The position numbers were made by a program, and so were the translations under genes. 64,000 bases of DNA. Source: Octopus vulgaris. Its lineage: Eukaryota. Within the stretch, counting starts at the first letter, position 1; each line of letters opens with the position of its first letter. The notes beneath the pieces were generated by a model that had not been told where the DNA came from, ran no database searches, and saw only the letters and a program-made list of their open reading frames with translations. The stretch lies in assembly GCA_951406725.2 (NCBI GenBank), contig OX597815.1:90210001-90274000 (forward strand), read 5' to 3'. Shown one piece after another: positions 39,430 to 53,514 of this stretch.

Positions 39430-40640
39430 TACACAGAGTTGTAAGATCAATGTTAACTTTACTAGTAGGCCCATAATTACCAATGCAGGTAAGTCATTCC
39501 TCTTCCCATTGAATGTTGTCGAAGAAAAGTAAGGTCATAAAATTTAGAGCTGAAAAAGTGATCAAGCAGTTCATCAGACCACTGTTTAGTTTATATATAT
39601 AATTATACACACACGCACGCACACATTCACACATACACATGCACACGCATACACATATTCACACACACACACACACATATATATAACTATATGCATATAT
39701 CCAAATATATGTAACAATGCATCAATGTATCATATAACCATACAACCGAAAAGGAAGCATAATATAAAGCATAGAGTAGTAATGTATTTCTAAATAGTTA
39801 AGTCTATGTCTGGCCATGGAGTGACAAATGGTTCCGCATCCACAAAGAACTTAGTCCCATGGACGTCTAGATGGACTCTAAAGCCGAAGACAAGCATAAG
39901 TCTTCATCTCTGGGTGGCAGGTCAGTTGGTTAGTAAGTCACTAGAGAATAAATATACCGGGTCGGCGAAGACGGGTCGTCTCTCATAGACCAATCCCTCT
40001 GGATCAAAACCGGGGAGGAATGAATTTTACCTTTGGGTTGCCTCTAGCTTGTAAGGACCATTCAGAGTCTAATCGGGGAACCCTATCCTTGCAGCAGGTA
40101 GCATTTGAAATAGATGTAGAGACTGTAACTGTCCTGGAAAGAGTATAGTAACTGTAGTTTAGGGGAATCTTTGAGGATACTCGTTCGTTCAGCTATACAA
40201 AACCTTCAATATCCGCTCCCGTTAGTGTAGGGTCCCGGCCGATCTATGATACTCCATTTGATATCGTATGGAGTTCTTTCATCTTTGAGCACCACAGGCG
40301 GATGGACAGGGATATAACGAATCGTCTTTCCGGAATCCTGAAAGAGGAATGTTCGTTGTACACGCGTCACTCCAAGGCCGGCCCCGCTGATGCGATATAT
40401 TTCCAGACTTTGCTGCTGGTTGTGCTCACATTTCCGGTTCATCTTCGGTTGACTCCAGGTCTAGAGATGCTATTGCAGTGGTGTCAATGGTGCTGCCTTC
40501 GATGTTGTTATTATTACGAGGCCTGAATCTAGTGATATCGCAGCGGCTGTTGTCGTTGTGGTGGTAATCACTTGTCGTGGTGTTGGCGTTACTACCACCG
40601 ATGGTGATATAACAGGATTGCGCTTGTGTTTTTGTGTCGT
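39430..40640 (-). mobile_element. Penelope-like 3' fragment (GIY-YIG + 3' UTR)
   Basis: KYIAS..., HSSFRIPE and LKDERTPYDIKWSIIDRPGPYTNGSGY*RFCIAE match the PLE EN pattern LK....Y.I.WSI......Y......C.LC..EK. Confidence 0.75.
39533..39580 (-). ncRNA. Decayed hammerhead-like motif
   Basis: ggt-CTGATGA-actg...cagctc-TAAA...acc: intact CUGAUGA but a mutated GAAA; at the expected position in the PLE 3' end. Confidence 0.35.
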
Positions 40641-40740
40641 TTTTAGGTGTATGCAAAAGGCAGTCGGACATATGCGTACGTACGTGTATTTGTGCCTAAT
40701 GTGTGTGTTTGTGTGTGTGTGTGCATGTGTGCGTGTGTGA

Positions 40741-40805
40741 CACTGTTGTGTGCCTGTGACACTGTTGTGTGCCTGTGTCACTGTTGTGTGCGTGTGACAC
40801 TTGTG
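40741..40805. repeat. 19-bp minisatellite, about 3.4 copies
   Basis: cactgttgtgtgc(c/g)tgtg(a/t) repeated. Confidence 0.9.
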
Positions 40806-40959
40806 TACATGTGTATTATGCGTGTTTATGTGTGAAAATTATGTGTGTTTATACATGTATGTGTGAGTATATGTAACCATGTGATCCGTTGGTGTGTATA
40901 CGGGGCTGTTGAATAAAGTGTATATGAGAATGGAGTTGATATGTCTGTGTGTATTCTGT

Positions 40960-41210
40960 GTTTTAGTTCGATGTCCCGGAGACGTTCGGTAAAGCGATTG
41001 GCTAAGCACATGCAACCAGTTTGGCCAGTGTACAGGAAATTACAGTCAGCATAAGATACAGTGGATTACATTACTGGAGGTGCAGGGGAATTAATCAATT
41101 ATAGTAGGGGTGGTGGTGAGTGCTGGTGAGGATAGGTCTTTTGGAGAGGCTTATGCAGCAATGTGAGCGAGAGCAAGGAAAAGAGACAGGCTGGGTGCCA
41201 AGCAGGAGGA
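40960..41210 (-). mobile_element. Penelope GIY-YIG fragment (family of 2150-3942)
   Basis: FLYTGQTG..LANRFTERLRDI; DNA similar to 2870-2990. Confidence 0.8.
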
Positions 41211-41462
41211 AGAAGCTACGAACAAGATCACGTAGGTTATACAAAACAACTAACAGTATAGATAATATGGCATATTTAATAGATGACAAAAAATTGACAT
41301 TTACCCCGAAATATTTTACTGCTTTCGTTCAATTTTATTTCTCTTAGCTAAATTTTCTCTGGTAAATTATCTCCACCCACCTACAGAGGGGAGGGTCGGA
41401 GGGTGAGTGTAGGTGTTTGAGTGTGTATGTTTGTGCAGATTGTGTGTGTGTATGTGTGTGTG

Positions 41463-41496
<34 letters not shown>

Positions 41497-42094
41497 GGAG
41501 ACAGAGGGGGTAAATTTGCAGAAGAAATGTCTCTTCAGCTTGGGAGATGGTAAAAATTATGTCAGATACGATAATTTTGCTAAGCGAAATAGAATTAGAG
41601 CAAAGGAGTAAAATTTTTAAACAACACATTTCGGGCATAAAATTCGATTTTTAGGCATCTGTTAAAGATGATATATTATTCATACTGTGTTATTGGTTTT
41701 ACATATTTCACATATTTCAAAATAGATTGTAAAGTTTTCTGTTAGAGAGGCATGACTTTCTAGTAGTTTATTCAGTATTTTATTTAAATATGACATTATA
41801 CGAATGTTAACAGGCTTAAATTGGGTAAAAAGAGACATAGCTTTTACAATATATTTAAGTGTTGCTTAATATTCAGTTGCTTTATTTACCGATTTTGGGA
41901 AGAATTTTACCGCTGTCTGACAAATGTTACTTATGTTAATTCATATTTCATATTTTTCTTGTGTTATTTAACTTTGCTCGACTCGCTTTTTTTATTATGC
42001 TACATGCTTTTGTACCAAAAACATTCTTCTTTGGTAAAAATTCAGCAAGTTTACAATATTCACACGCACACATACACACATGTCTACTGACTTA

Positions 42095-42480
42095 TCTCTA
42101 TTAATCTTCCCTCTTCGTTCATTTGCACTTTATGGGCTTAATTAATTACCTCACTTCATCTGACACCAACCCCACACGGGTTTCGACACACCTTCCACAT
42201 TCAACTGCTTCCTCTACCCACATGCCTGCATACTGCCTAGCTCGGTACACTCACCATACACACACCACCACTATACAAACACCCGTCCACACACACACTA
42301 TTACACACACACACAAACACATTCCTTCTCCACACATACACTAGCACTGAACACTTCTCAGCACCTCACCACACACCATTATATCCACACATCCACACAC
42401 CGTTACCCGCACACCCACTCACAATCATTAATAGCGTCCGCATACATACCACAATGCGAACAGTCATACACAGTTTAAAT
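42095..42480 (+). mobile_element. Penelope C-terminus and CA-rich 3' UTR
   Basis: LIFPLRSFALYGLN parallels LNFSLRSFAPLGLN of the 2150-3942 copy, followed by tgacaccaac and a similar CA-rich UTR. Confidence 0.7.
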
Positions 42481-44859
42481 CAGTACACACACATACACAC
42501 ACACACACACCACACAACATCAAGTACACTCCGATACCCATACAAGCACATAATACCCGAGCACAGACATAAACATACGCAACACGCATAAACACAGATA
42601 AACTTCAACCACAAACATACACTATACACATGCACACTATTTGGTCGCAGACACACACACATACACACGTGCACACCCCACGTGAACAAGCACACATTAA
42701 CTGCTACACACAACACACACCCGCGCACGTTACCCTCACACACTTATACACACGTCCATACGCACACAACACACACACAGTCGTACACATATACGTACTC
42801 ACACATTTGCCCCCATACGCCCTAAGATACGGTTGTTTACGGATATTACAGATATATAAATAATGATGTGAACAGAAGGTGTATAAATGTGTATATACAT
42901 ATATATATATATGTAAACAATAAACTTAGGAGCCATTCTCTCGCTTTAAGTACTAACTCCTAGTAATTCCACTTAGTGTCCATGAAATACTGTTCAGATT
43001 TCAAATGTTATCAGCAGAAACTGAGACAAAGTTCCATGGCGTGATAGGACAAAATTATATTGGCTTTAATCATTCCGGTAGTAACGCAAAATCAAAATAC
43101 AAGCAGACGTTCCTTATTTCCATCACCGTATAAATTACGAGGGCTTTTGTATATGTCCGCATTGAAGTCATTAAATATAACTACAGAAAGAACCATTGCA
43201 GAAGGCAAATCTATGCTGGAACAATTCTCTGAGCTCACGCCAGGAAAAAGACATTTAGAGAACATTTTTCTACTGTTAGAAGAAAAAGAAAAAGAACAGA
43301 AATAGATCGTTTTGAATTTTTCAATAAATTTAGATAAACTGATTTTAAAATCTTGTGTTACGTTTTACTGAATAGTCCAGAAAGTGGACGAAACAGTACT
43401 ATCCACAGCTAACAGAGACTTTAAGAACATTTTCTCATGAAAACAGAGAGTTATATGGGAATATATGTATGCGCTTTACACTTTTTCATAATATTTTCTC
43501 AACGTGAAAAAAATAAATTTAGAAGCGACTCTCTTCCCTAAAGCAGTACACCCACCCCTTAAGCAGCAATCCCTAGTAATTCCGCCAAGCGTATGAAAAT
43601 GAAAGAATCTATCAAAATATAGAAAGTAAAAGACTATAGAAATTGGGGATTTAGTTTTCCGTTTATAGTCCTTTGTCATCCCTATGCGCTAAACGTTTAA
43701 TTCATTCAATCTTTCATTCATACATGCATGCAAGCACACATACATACATATATACATACATACGCACTCATATATATATATACATGGATACATATGTATG
43801 TATGTGTGTTTGTGCGTATGCGTGTGTGTGTATGTATACATAAATAAATAAAGAGATGAACGAATAAATAGGTCAGGACACGGACGACAAAGAACTATAA
43901 ATAGAAAACGAATAAATACAACACAAATGAACACAAACACGCAAGTCCCTTCGTCAGTATACCAATGAAAAATTCGAGACGCCTGCGCAAACGTGTGTGT
44001 AAGCAAATCTGCAAATATTCTAATGGATTTCTTGTATTTTTTCATTAGTAAAACTAAACAGACACTTCTACACAAACATGAGTGTATGTTTATTTATGTG
44101 CCAATAAATGTGTGTCCTTGTATATGTTTATGTATGTCTGTTTGTTTTGTTTATGTGCGTTGTATTAGCTATTTGGCAAAATAGTTAATGGAATAGAGGA
44201 CTCGAGTGTTTTATTTCAATTCTTTTAATAATTACACATTATAGCAACATTTTATTTTAACAGTAAATTTTGCAGAATAAAACTGATGCATGCCAAAGAT
44301 CAATCTCACTCCGTACTATATTTGACATTTAATTCATTTACAAAAAGACTTTTAAAAACTTAAATTCTGGTTCTTCTGACCAGAATCAATAATGATATTA
44401 ATGGTTGTGAATCATCACTATGGCTATAAATTGTATTCGTATTTCTTGGTTTACTCCATCAATTATTTTAGTGTTTGTTTTATCCAGTGCTTCTTATGCA
44501 GAAGCATAAGTTATCTCACTGCAGACATTCAGTTACATAAGGCCAATTACCTAGCTTCCATACAGGAAATACCTATAATCGTTCGAATCATTACAATATC
44601 TAGCAATATAGTTTGACGTTTTTCTGACGAGGTATAATTAAACAAAAACCTGTCTAGCGTTATCGCTTTGCTTTTAATTACGGTAAATTCCGAATTGTTT
44701 CTCCTGTTTTTCTTCATCATTGCCACATATGAATATAAAGATTTTTTTCAATCGGTTCTGGTATAATTTTAAAGCATTAAAATTTCTTGCACTCTCCATT
44801 ACTTGTCTTTCTAATCAAATATTATATTATTTTTTCTAATGCAGAATATTTCTTGCATT

Positions 44860-45042
44860 TGATGGGGAATGGAATAATAGATTACATCACATCAACAGCC
44901 CAATTGGTACTTATTTACTCGACCTCGACAGAAGGAAAGGCAAAGCCAATCACGGAGGAATTTCAGTTCAGAACGTAAAGAAGGATGAAATGACGTGAAG
45001 CATTTTGTCCGACGTGCTAGCCGTTGTGTCACATCATTGCCT
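44860..45042 (-). mobile_element. Decayed SINE family B copy
   Basis: ggtacttattt..tcgacc...aaggcaaag...cggaggaattt. Similar relics at about 1330-1440, 37900-38065 (+) and 51255-51335. Confidence 0.65.
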
Positions 45043-45340
45043 TATCCATCCAGGTAATAATAGTAGAACTGTGCCTAAGGAGCGTCCATCAATTGTGTCT
45101 CTTTGTTTTAATTTCAAACATTTTGTTCATCTTTCTGTAGCAATATTAATTTTGTTCTCCATCAGTTACATAATCAAGTTCGTAGTTCTAAAAATCTCTA
45201 AGAACAATTTTATTTCACTTAACAAGAATGTCTCCGTGTTATGCAACTCTGCACTTAAGGGTGATTAACGGCGTTGGTACAGTCCTTGGTAAAAGGTATA
45301 CGGTAGCAGGTAATTCAACGGGTAAACCGTTGCTTACATT

Positions 45341-46374
45341 ATATGCAAGAAGTAAATGGAGGAAAAATAACAGGAAGAAGTGAGTCATTTGCGCTAGTAA
45401 GCCATTAATTTAATCAATTAATATAGAACAGTAGTAATAGCGCATTTACTATCGTTTCTGTTTACCAGTTGTAGTGGTAGACATCATTAGAATGAGAAGA
45501 GCGAAAGACATAGCGATACATTGGTAACGAGAGTAAAGTTAATGAGTGGTGAGTCGTACATTACAGTAGATTTCTTAGTTGATAATTCTGCTGCGAAGTG
45601 GATGTAGGGTGGAGGTTATTTTGATCTGTAGTCCCAAGTTTAAGTAGGCGCATATTTTCCACGTGTTTATTCTCGCTAGACATTTCACCGGCGGTGTAAA
45701 GAAAGTGGGTTAAGTCTACGTCATGGTGAAAATGGGGCTAACACTATCCGGATTACTCAGCCCGGGGTGAGTAAGGCATTTATGTGTCTTTTGGACACAT
45801 AAAGTTGTAGAAAGTTTTTTACAATGGAGGAAGCCCTGTTTAGGTGTAAAATAGTTTCTTATGGGGTGTGTAAAGTGAGTAAGGGTTTATGAAGTGAATG
45901 TTTGCGTGTAAGTAGTTTAAGTGGTTTCCGGCTAAATGGTATTATTTAGATGAAGAAGCTAGCGTAGGCGGAGATACTGATGCCATATATTCTACTGAGA
46001 AGAGGCGGTTTAACCGTTAGTATTACCAGGCATTCGGTTAAACAGAGATCCCACCGTCTATTGGTAGAGTTGTAAGAAGTAGTTTTTGCGAGTATGCACC
46101 ATTCTAATATCTAAATTCTAATTTTTTGTCCTTAAGCTCCCAGATATAGCTACTTAGTTCTGTAGAATTTGGCTCACTCCTATTCCTGAAACTAGTTTAG
46201 CGTGCTTGTAGCGAAGTATCATGTGGTTTTTCGTGGCTTCTATATAGGATTTCTTATGACTCTTAAATATACTTTTACTACCGCTGTCCGTTATTAATTA
46301 ATTAGATTAATTGGTTACTAGCGCAAACGAGTAACTTTTTCCTCTTATTTTTCCTCCATTCACTTCTTGCATAT
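45341..46374 (-). mobile_element. 5'-truncated Penelope-like element with inverted copy of its 3' tail
   Basis: Minus strand KSYIEAT...TSFRNRSEPNSTELSSYIWELKDK...EWCILAKTTSYNSTNRRWDLCLTE (GIY-YIG). 45341-45446 is the reverse complement of 46266-46374. Confidence 0.9.
45443..45494 (-). ncRNA. Type I hammerhead ribozyme relic
   Basis: catt-CTAATGA-tgtctacc-actacaact-ggtaaaca-GAA-AC-gata-GT-A-aatg: stems I, II and III all form, GUA cleavage triplet, single G5A change in the core. Confidence 0.75.
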
Positions 46375-46386
46375 ATATATATGGGA

Positions 46387-46449
<63 letters not shown>

Positions 46450-46450
<1 letters not shown>

Positions 46451-46790
46451 ATTTATTTTGCTCTTTGCAAAACTCTTCCTTCATAGTGATGCCGTCGATG
46501 ACTTTCCTCTGGTGGCTTCGAATTCCTTCGTTGCGATACCAATGGACGACCTTCATTTCGTACGGTCTCGGGCTTATGTTTCAAAAGATTTCCGCTCATG
46601 TAGCTCTCAGTGTTGCTTTGAGTTGGTCCTTGCATCTTCGATGACGGAAAACGCGTGGTCATTTTCATGGCGTGAGCTCACAGAATAAGACTTGACTCTT
46701 CCTTTCTTGGTACATGTTCTCACTATCGAATACAGTGTTTCATGTTCAGTGATTCGATACTTCACCTGCTAGCTGTTTGCTTGTCATACA
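46450..46790 (-). mobile_element. Penelope GIY-YIG fragment of another family, between (TA)n tracts
   Basis: QT..., [10 protein letters not shown] and HENDHAF..EDART across frameshifts. Confidence 0.6.
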
Positions 46791-46804
46791 CACACACACA
46801 CACA

Positions 46805-46876
<72 letters not shown>

Positions 46877-46907
46877 AACATATACATACATAAGTGCTTA
46901 CACACAC

Positions 46908-46963
<56 letters not shown>

Positions 46964-47406
46964 TATATATATATACATGCATACAAACTGTTATGATGCA
47001 GGCGTGTAATGTAGTTTGTTTTCTGAACGAATATGTACAAAAGTGAACGATGATATACAGCACTCGGCTATGACAAAAATATAGAGAAAATACACAAAAC
47101 ATAACATAACCATATGAGAAAGAACAGAAATAAGAAATTCCTAAGATTAGACTTAGTAGGTATGAGTATAGCAAAATGAAATGTAAATTGTAAGTTACAT
47201 ACAGCATATCGCAGTAAAAGAAACTAATGCTAAACGTCATATTTAGTTCCTTTGTGAGTCTTGAAAGAAAAATGGCATAAAATATCACATATATTAAATT
47301 TCTATGATAAGGAATATGAAAGAAACATACTCAAGCTCTTTTATTTTTCCTACAATACATAGATTCACACATGTATGTGTGTGTCAGTGTATGTGTACGC
47401 ATATTT

Positions 47407-47499
<93 letters not shown>

Positions 47500-48439
47500 T
47501 CCAGATACACATACATATATATGCATGCACATACGTGCCTATGCTTCAGATTTGTAGGAAAGCCTTTCTATTATATGAGGTATATGATAAATCAATGTAT
47601 CAAGAATATTCCAAATAAAATGTCAGTAATGATACGTGTGGTCAGTGAATTACACCTTTAGCTTTTAAGTTGAAAGAATCGTGCATGAATGTTGTACCAT
47701 TATAAGGGAAATTTAGTCAAGCTAGAAATTGGAAAGCAACAATACACGTTGGAAGAATGAATATAATTCACCAAAGATATGAAGAAAACAATTATTTGCC
47801 TTAATACATATTTTCTTAAGATGTAGTTCCTTTCTATTTATTTTACGCGTCCATTGACTATTAGCATTTTTTTCTTACTAAATATGTGTAGCAAAATATA
47901 TGTCTATATGTAACTATAATCCTTGAAAAATAATAGCATACATTGAACAGCTTACTACGAATCTACGATACATTTGAATTCTGATAACATAGCATGTGTT
48001 TAGAATGTTATAACATTATCTGCAAACCTGAAAGAATTTCATTTCTTAAAAGTGGTTCTAAAATGAAGTTGTTTGTATTAGTTTCCCATTTTCTGTTGTT
48101 TGTGTGTGTGTGTGTGTTTCTATTATCTTTTTTTTTTTTTGTTATCTTTCACGAATATCTTTTTCACTTTTGTACGTACAGCAATATTTCTTATTGTAAA
48201 CTGCAGATCTTTCTAGAATTCCTTCTTAACTTATGCTTATACTGTATTGATATGCTCCACTGCGGTAAAAAAGGATTGTTTTATCAAATAGATTTATGCT
48301 ACATTATAAATTATATAGGTTCTTTTCACTGAGACGAATGCAACTTAAAATGATAGCGGTCTCCTACTGAAACAAAATAATAATCAGCATCTGTTTGAAA
48401 ATTTACAATTGAAAGCGATATTACCGGTCTAGTATTCGT

Positions 48440-48810
48440 GAAGGCGCACGTGGTTCAAGATCTCTATCATAATGTCGAGGATTCGATTCCCGCGGTAGAT
48501 GATTGTTTCTGATATTGAGAAAGCATTTCAATTTACTCAGCGAAAATTAAGTTCGTGCGAGTGCAATTCTCTCACCCGTCCACTGTCACATTGTGAATGT
48601 CCGGCATGGGCTACAGCGGAGCATGTATGTGTCTGTTCGTGACCACGTTGATGCCTAAAACAATTCGCGAATTCATAGTACGTGCTACCATGTCATCTTC
48701 GATGCCGAGTAAGAGTTGTAAAAGTTGGTACCCAATCTGTATGATAAATTTAGTGTGCATGGTCAATACCAAACTTTGGTATCCCAGTGCTAGATTAACA
48801 GCAAAGTGAA
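48440..48810 (+). mobile_element. Decayed tRNA-derived SINE (family C)
   Basis: gaaggcgc..gtggtt head and B-box ggattcgattccc; a head-only duplicate of a similar sequence sits at 5315-5354. Confidence 0.55.
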
Positions 48811-49409
48811 CTTAGATTTGAGAGAGAGAAATATAACGGTTTTACGTTCTTTTTCCCACCATTTTGCTCACCATAGTTAAGCCTTTTATTATCGTTTTAT
48901 TTAGACGTAAGCAATGTGATACACAGTTGGACTTATACAATTGACTGTTAATGCTAATATCCTACATAGGTAGTCAATGGAAATTTTAATATAAATATTT
49001 AGATAATTCAATATGTTATCAAATAAGTATCGCAGCAGCAGTTAACTGTTGTAGTATTGTATATTTATTAAGCGAATTTCGTATTCAAAGACTTTTAAAA
49101 ACGAAATTAGAGTGTGAAAAACCTACCTTCCATTGATGGTATTCTATTGACTTCAGCATTTCTTCATAATAGTGATTTGTTGCAATATAAAAATGATTGA
49201 GGCAGACACACAATAACGTGCTTTCCAACATGGTCTTTATACAAGTTTTAGTATTGGTGAGTTTTTGCTTCTATACGTGTTCAGAGACCACTGCGTCAGA
49301 CCCTAATAATTTCTAAATTAACATGTGGACATCAGAGTAGAAGTGAGATTTAGGGTTAGGGCGAAAATGAATGAGCGAAGGCAATAGGACACACTTATTT
49401 ATGTATGTT

Positions 49410-50558
49410 TTGTTTGTGAATTCGAAAGATCATGGGGAAATTCGGCTGCACGGACAAGTTCATCAGCGTGGTGTGACAATTCCACGAATGCATGGTCGCT
49501 CGGGTTCTGGACAGTAGATGTTCTTCCGAGGTATTCCTACAGTTGTACTCTTGCGCATACTCTGCTCAACGACGACACAACCAATATGAAGATCAGATTC
49601 AAGATTGATGACAAACTCCTCAAACTATGGAGACTAAAAGCTAAGACAAGGATGGATGAGGACTCCGTGCGCGACTTCCTGTTCAAAGGCGACTACGCAA
49701 TCAAATCCGCTGCAGAGGCCCAGATGTAACAGACCATGAACTGCTTTCCACTACTTGCAACTTTAACATCTCAATGAGTGCACAGAAGACACCAACTTAC
49801 CCGCATAAGTTGTATGTGAAACCAACTAACTCTTTCGGAGGAGAAATTCTGAATGCTTTTGATATGTTCACGTACAACGTCATCACAATCTCCAGATCCT
49901 TCGACACTCACGAGGAAGTCGACACACACATCGCCAAGGGCGGTTACTTGAGACAGTATGAGATAAGAATGGAATTAGAGTAGCCACTAAGCAGAAGGTT
50001 TACAAAGTTGTTGTGCTGACAATGCCTGCCTGAGAAATCTATTGAAAATCACCTGACAAAACAGGCTCCCAGAAACAGATGCTATCTCAAGATCTGTCTA
50101 GCATTTACACACTGCTGAGGATAGCGCAAGACAGGAGGGCAAGCCGCCTTGTTCAGCTGCCTGACACATGACTCCCTAAAAGATTGTTTTACAATGCATG
50201 CAAGGTGGACAGAAACAGCGTTCAAGAATACTCTCAAAAGCTCACTGAAGAATTTGGGGATTAATCACGACACCTTGAAAACGCAAGCGCAACGCGCTAT
50301 TCATGGTAAAGTAGTACCTGAAAGTACCTCATCCTACGAGCGTAACAGGATTGCAGAGGCACAAAGTAAATGAGAACTACTCAACTTCAGTTCCAACTCA
50401 TCGCTTCAGATCCAGCAGACCACCAGGTCCAATGCTGGACCTGCAGCAGTGTTTCATAGCACGTATCGCACTGATCGATCACAGCCGAACTCACCGTGCT
50501 CCGTCTTCTTTTCCAATGTGATGTCCTTGGTCATTGTCTATAACGACGGACGAACTAT
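49410..50558 (+). mobile_element. RTE-clade LINE, 5'-truncated and decayed
   Basis: KFGCTDKFISVV*QFHECMVARVLD, LKAKTR...VRDFLFKGDYAI (FADD equivalent), FKNTLKSSLKNLGI, a C-terminal H..TH, and 3' end tggtcattgtctataacgacggacgaac. Confidence 0.9.
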
Positions 50559-52021
50559 GATATGATAAACTCTTTTATTAGTGAAATTTGCATTAAAATC
50601 ACCTGTGACCAGAACCACTATTAGCCGAAGACTTACTGTATCCTCTTGCTAAAGAAGGTAGAAAGTTAATATAACAGTATTTGCAAACCACCGCGCACAA
50701 TTAGTAACATGTATGTAGGCCACCAAACAGGGAATTATTATAATTTTTCTGTATCTTATAGTCGCTATGATTGACGATATAGCACTTTAATATATTTTAG
50801 GTAACATATACACCTAAAAACAAAGGTGAAGTAATTCCTGTTGGAATTTCAGCTCTTATAGTTTTATTGCTAAATTGCTTATGTCCTGAGAACAGAGAGT
50901 AATAGATTAAAATAAAGGATGTTTTGTTTTTATTTTAATATGTATTTTGACGTGTGCTAAAACAAGATCAGCTTTATAGCTTACCACTCACCCATTGTTG
51001 TGATATGGTTTCAAATCGATTTAAGTGCATAAATGAATTTTACAACGGTTTTTTTTTCCCAGAAAATAACTGTTATTAGGCGAACTAGTGTAATCCAAGG
51101 TTACACTAACGAAGATATCGAACATACAAGTTACATTTGTTTGTATTGCTATTTTGTAAACTTATTAAACGAATATTAAACCTTGTCAAGCATTTTAGAA
51201 AAGCAGCATAACTATTGACATTTTATAATATATTTTTAGAATGTATGTATGAAAGAGATGAAAAGCAAAATCAACCTTGGTGTAATTTGAACTCATATAC
51301 AGACGGTCGAAATGCCGCAAAGCGTCTTTTCCCAGGCTCGCAGCTTTTATAGCAGTGTAAAATATTTGTGTAGCGTAATATAATAACGTGAATATTGTAC
51401 AGTGTACGAGGAATTATTGCAGTATATATGATTCATTATATATGCCGCTGATAATTATAGTTTACGTATACAACTTATCAAAATCTTTCAAAATGTTCAT
51501 ATTACATTTTGTATTTCGTCCTTCTGTGAAACGTTAGAGCTTTCTGCCTGGCAACATGACGTGTGGTAAACATGAGAAAACTACATTTGCTGATCTTGGA
51601 AGCGCTGTAGAGAATTAGTAAAGTTTTCATACTTTCTAGTCAAGTCTTGCTGCGACGTTAGTTTTGGGAAATAGCAAATATGATAAAATCCATTTCCACC
51701 TTCCTCATAAAGTAACATAATTATAGCTAATCAAGAGAAACACGCTAAATTCATACTCTTTGCCATTAGTTTTTTTTTACGTAATTTAACATTAGAGGTA
51801 CACGTACCGAAAAAGGAAGGTTGCAGCATTTAGTTTACAGAGCAATATTTCTCGCAGGTGCTAACATGTTATAGTATTAAATGATAACCTTTATCGTTAA
51901 AGTATCTTACATGTAGAGTTTTGTGTACTATTTTCTTTTCTTTAATATATACCATTTGTTGGAAATGAGAATAAGATCAGTTCAATTTCTAGTTAGTCAG
52001 AAGCAATACGAGAATTAATAA

Positions 52022-52234
52022 TGATTTCAAATTTTGGCACAAGGCCAGCAATTTCAGAGTGGGGTTTAGTCGATGGCATCGACCCAAGTATTCAAGTGGT
52101 ACTTATTTTATCGACCCTGAAAATATGAAAGGCAAATTTGACCTCGGCAGAATTTGAACTCAGAACCCCAAGATGGACGAAATACTGTTTAGCATTTCGC
52201 CCAACGGAGCTAACGATTCTACCAGCTCGCCGCC
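52022..52234 (-). mobile_element. Complete short-tail SINE family B copy
   Basis: Head ggcggcgagctgg at 52234, B-box, core, tail ggccttgtgccaaaatttgaaatc. Confidence 0.9.
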
Positions 52235-52369
52235 TTATTACGAGAACTGATAATACAAGATCGACATAGTACAAGCTCAAATGTATGATTTATGCTGCAT
52301 GATAGTAATAAAACCCAAATGTTTGTAAACGATACTAATACATGTATACATACCCACACATATACTGGA

Positions 52370-52371
<2 letters not shown>

Positions 52372-52401
<30 letters not shown>

Positions 52402-52590
52402 CTTCTTCTTCTTCTTCTTCTTCTTCTTCTTCTTCTTCCTTCTTCTTCTTCTTCCTTCTTCTTCTTCCTCTCCTTCTTCTTCTTCTTCTTCTTCTTCTTC
52501 TTCCTCTCCTTCTTTTTCTACATCCTCCTCCTCCACCCCTTCATCTTCTTCTTCCTCTTCTCATCATCATCGACGTCGTCGTCGTTGTCG
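52372..52590. repeat. (CTT)n-rich compound microsatellite
   Basis: Direct observation. Confidence 0.95.
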
Positions 52591-52599
52591 CTCGGGTAC

Positions 52600-53372
52600 T
52601 ATCATGAATAATTTCCAGATGTCCTTGATCTGACAATGCTACTGGGGTCGCAAACGGTTCGAGATAAACTCTACAAGTACGGATGTGCTGTCAGATGGGC
52701 TTATCCAAGGTGCTCTCAGAGTGACGAAACCGCTCTGCATGTCTGGGCATTGCTGACTCGTGGGGTCGAACAGCTACTGTCACGTGAGGGACGGATCCGT
52801 CTGTCGGCCGAGTCTGCAGTGATGATTGTCCTGCCACCATCCTTCAATCGGGCAGGCAAAGCAGTTTTCTTTTGGCTGTGGACAAGGCTGAAAGGCATGA
52901 GGACAGATACATTCCTCTTTGGTAGAGCTATCATTGACTTCTTCAAGTTTCATTTGGAAAAGGAAATTGAGAGTGAAACGGGAAGTGCTGTCCTGGAGTG
53001 AGTTTATTAAACGGTAGGTAAAAGTTGTGAAAATGGAAAAAGTGGATGGTATCGCTCTAAGTGTGGACCTGTAAGTCAGAGAGAAGGAATTGGAGAGTAC
53101 GCTTGTTGGGGGTTTCAAGGAAATCTCGGGCAGTGGGGCTCCTAGATTATCCCTAGAGATCTTCATGTATCAGAGCTCTATAAACCTCCCCGCGACTTTC
53201 CTTTTAACTTTGCTATGCATATGTCCCTCCTTTTTCAGTGTATACCGTGTATACTTACCCGCTTTTTATCAGTTTATTATATGTAAACACCCATACTCTA
53301 TGCCTGTCTTCGTATTGTCTCCTCATCCTTCGCCCTTGTGGCAAATAAAATCCTTCGCCCTTGTGGCAAAAA
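52600..53372 (+). mobile_element. L1/Tx1-clade LINE 3' fragment (zinc-knuckle C-terminus + 3' UTR)
   Basis: TVRDKLYKYGCAVRWAYPRCSQSDETALH matches the L1/Tx1 CxxC...ET..H pattern. Ends gcccttgtggcaaataaaa with the last about 21 nt duplicated, then (CAT)n. Confidence 0.8.
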
Positions 53373-53406
53373 ATCATCATCATCATCATTATTATTATTA
53401 TCATAG

Positions 53407-53453
<47 letters not shown>

Positions 53454-53456
53454 GTT

Positions 53457-53498
<42 letters not shown>

Positions 53499-53514
53499 CT
53501 TGTTCTTGTTTTCC

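Noticed and set aside
46480-46520. Hammerhead remnant in the 46450-46790 Penelope fragment
   Set aside because: Both core strands deviate at multiple positions; unsupported.
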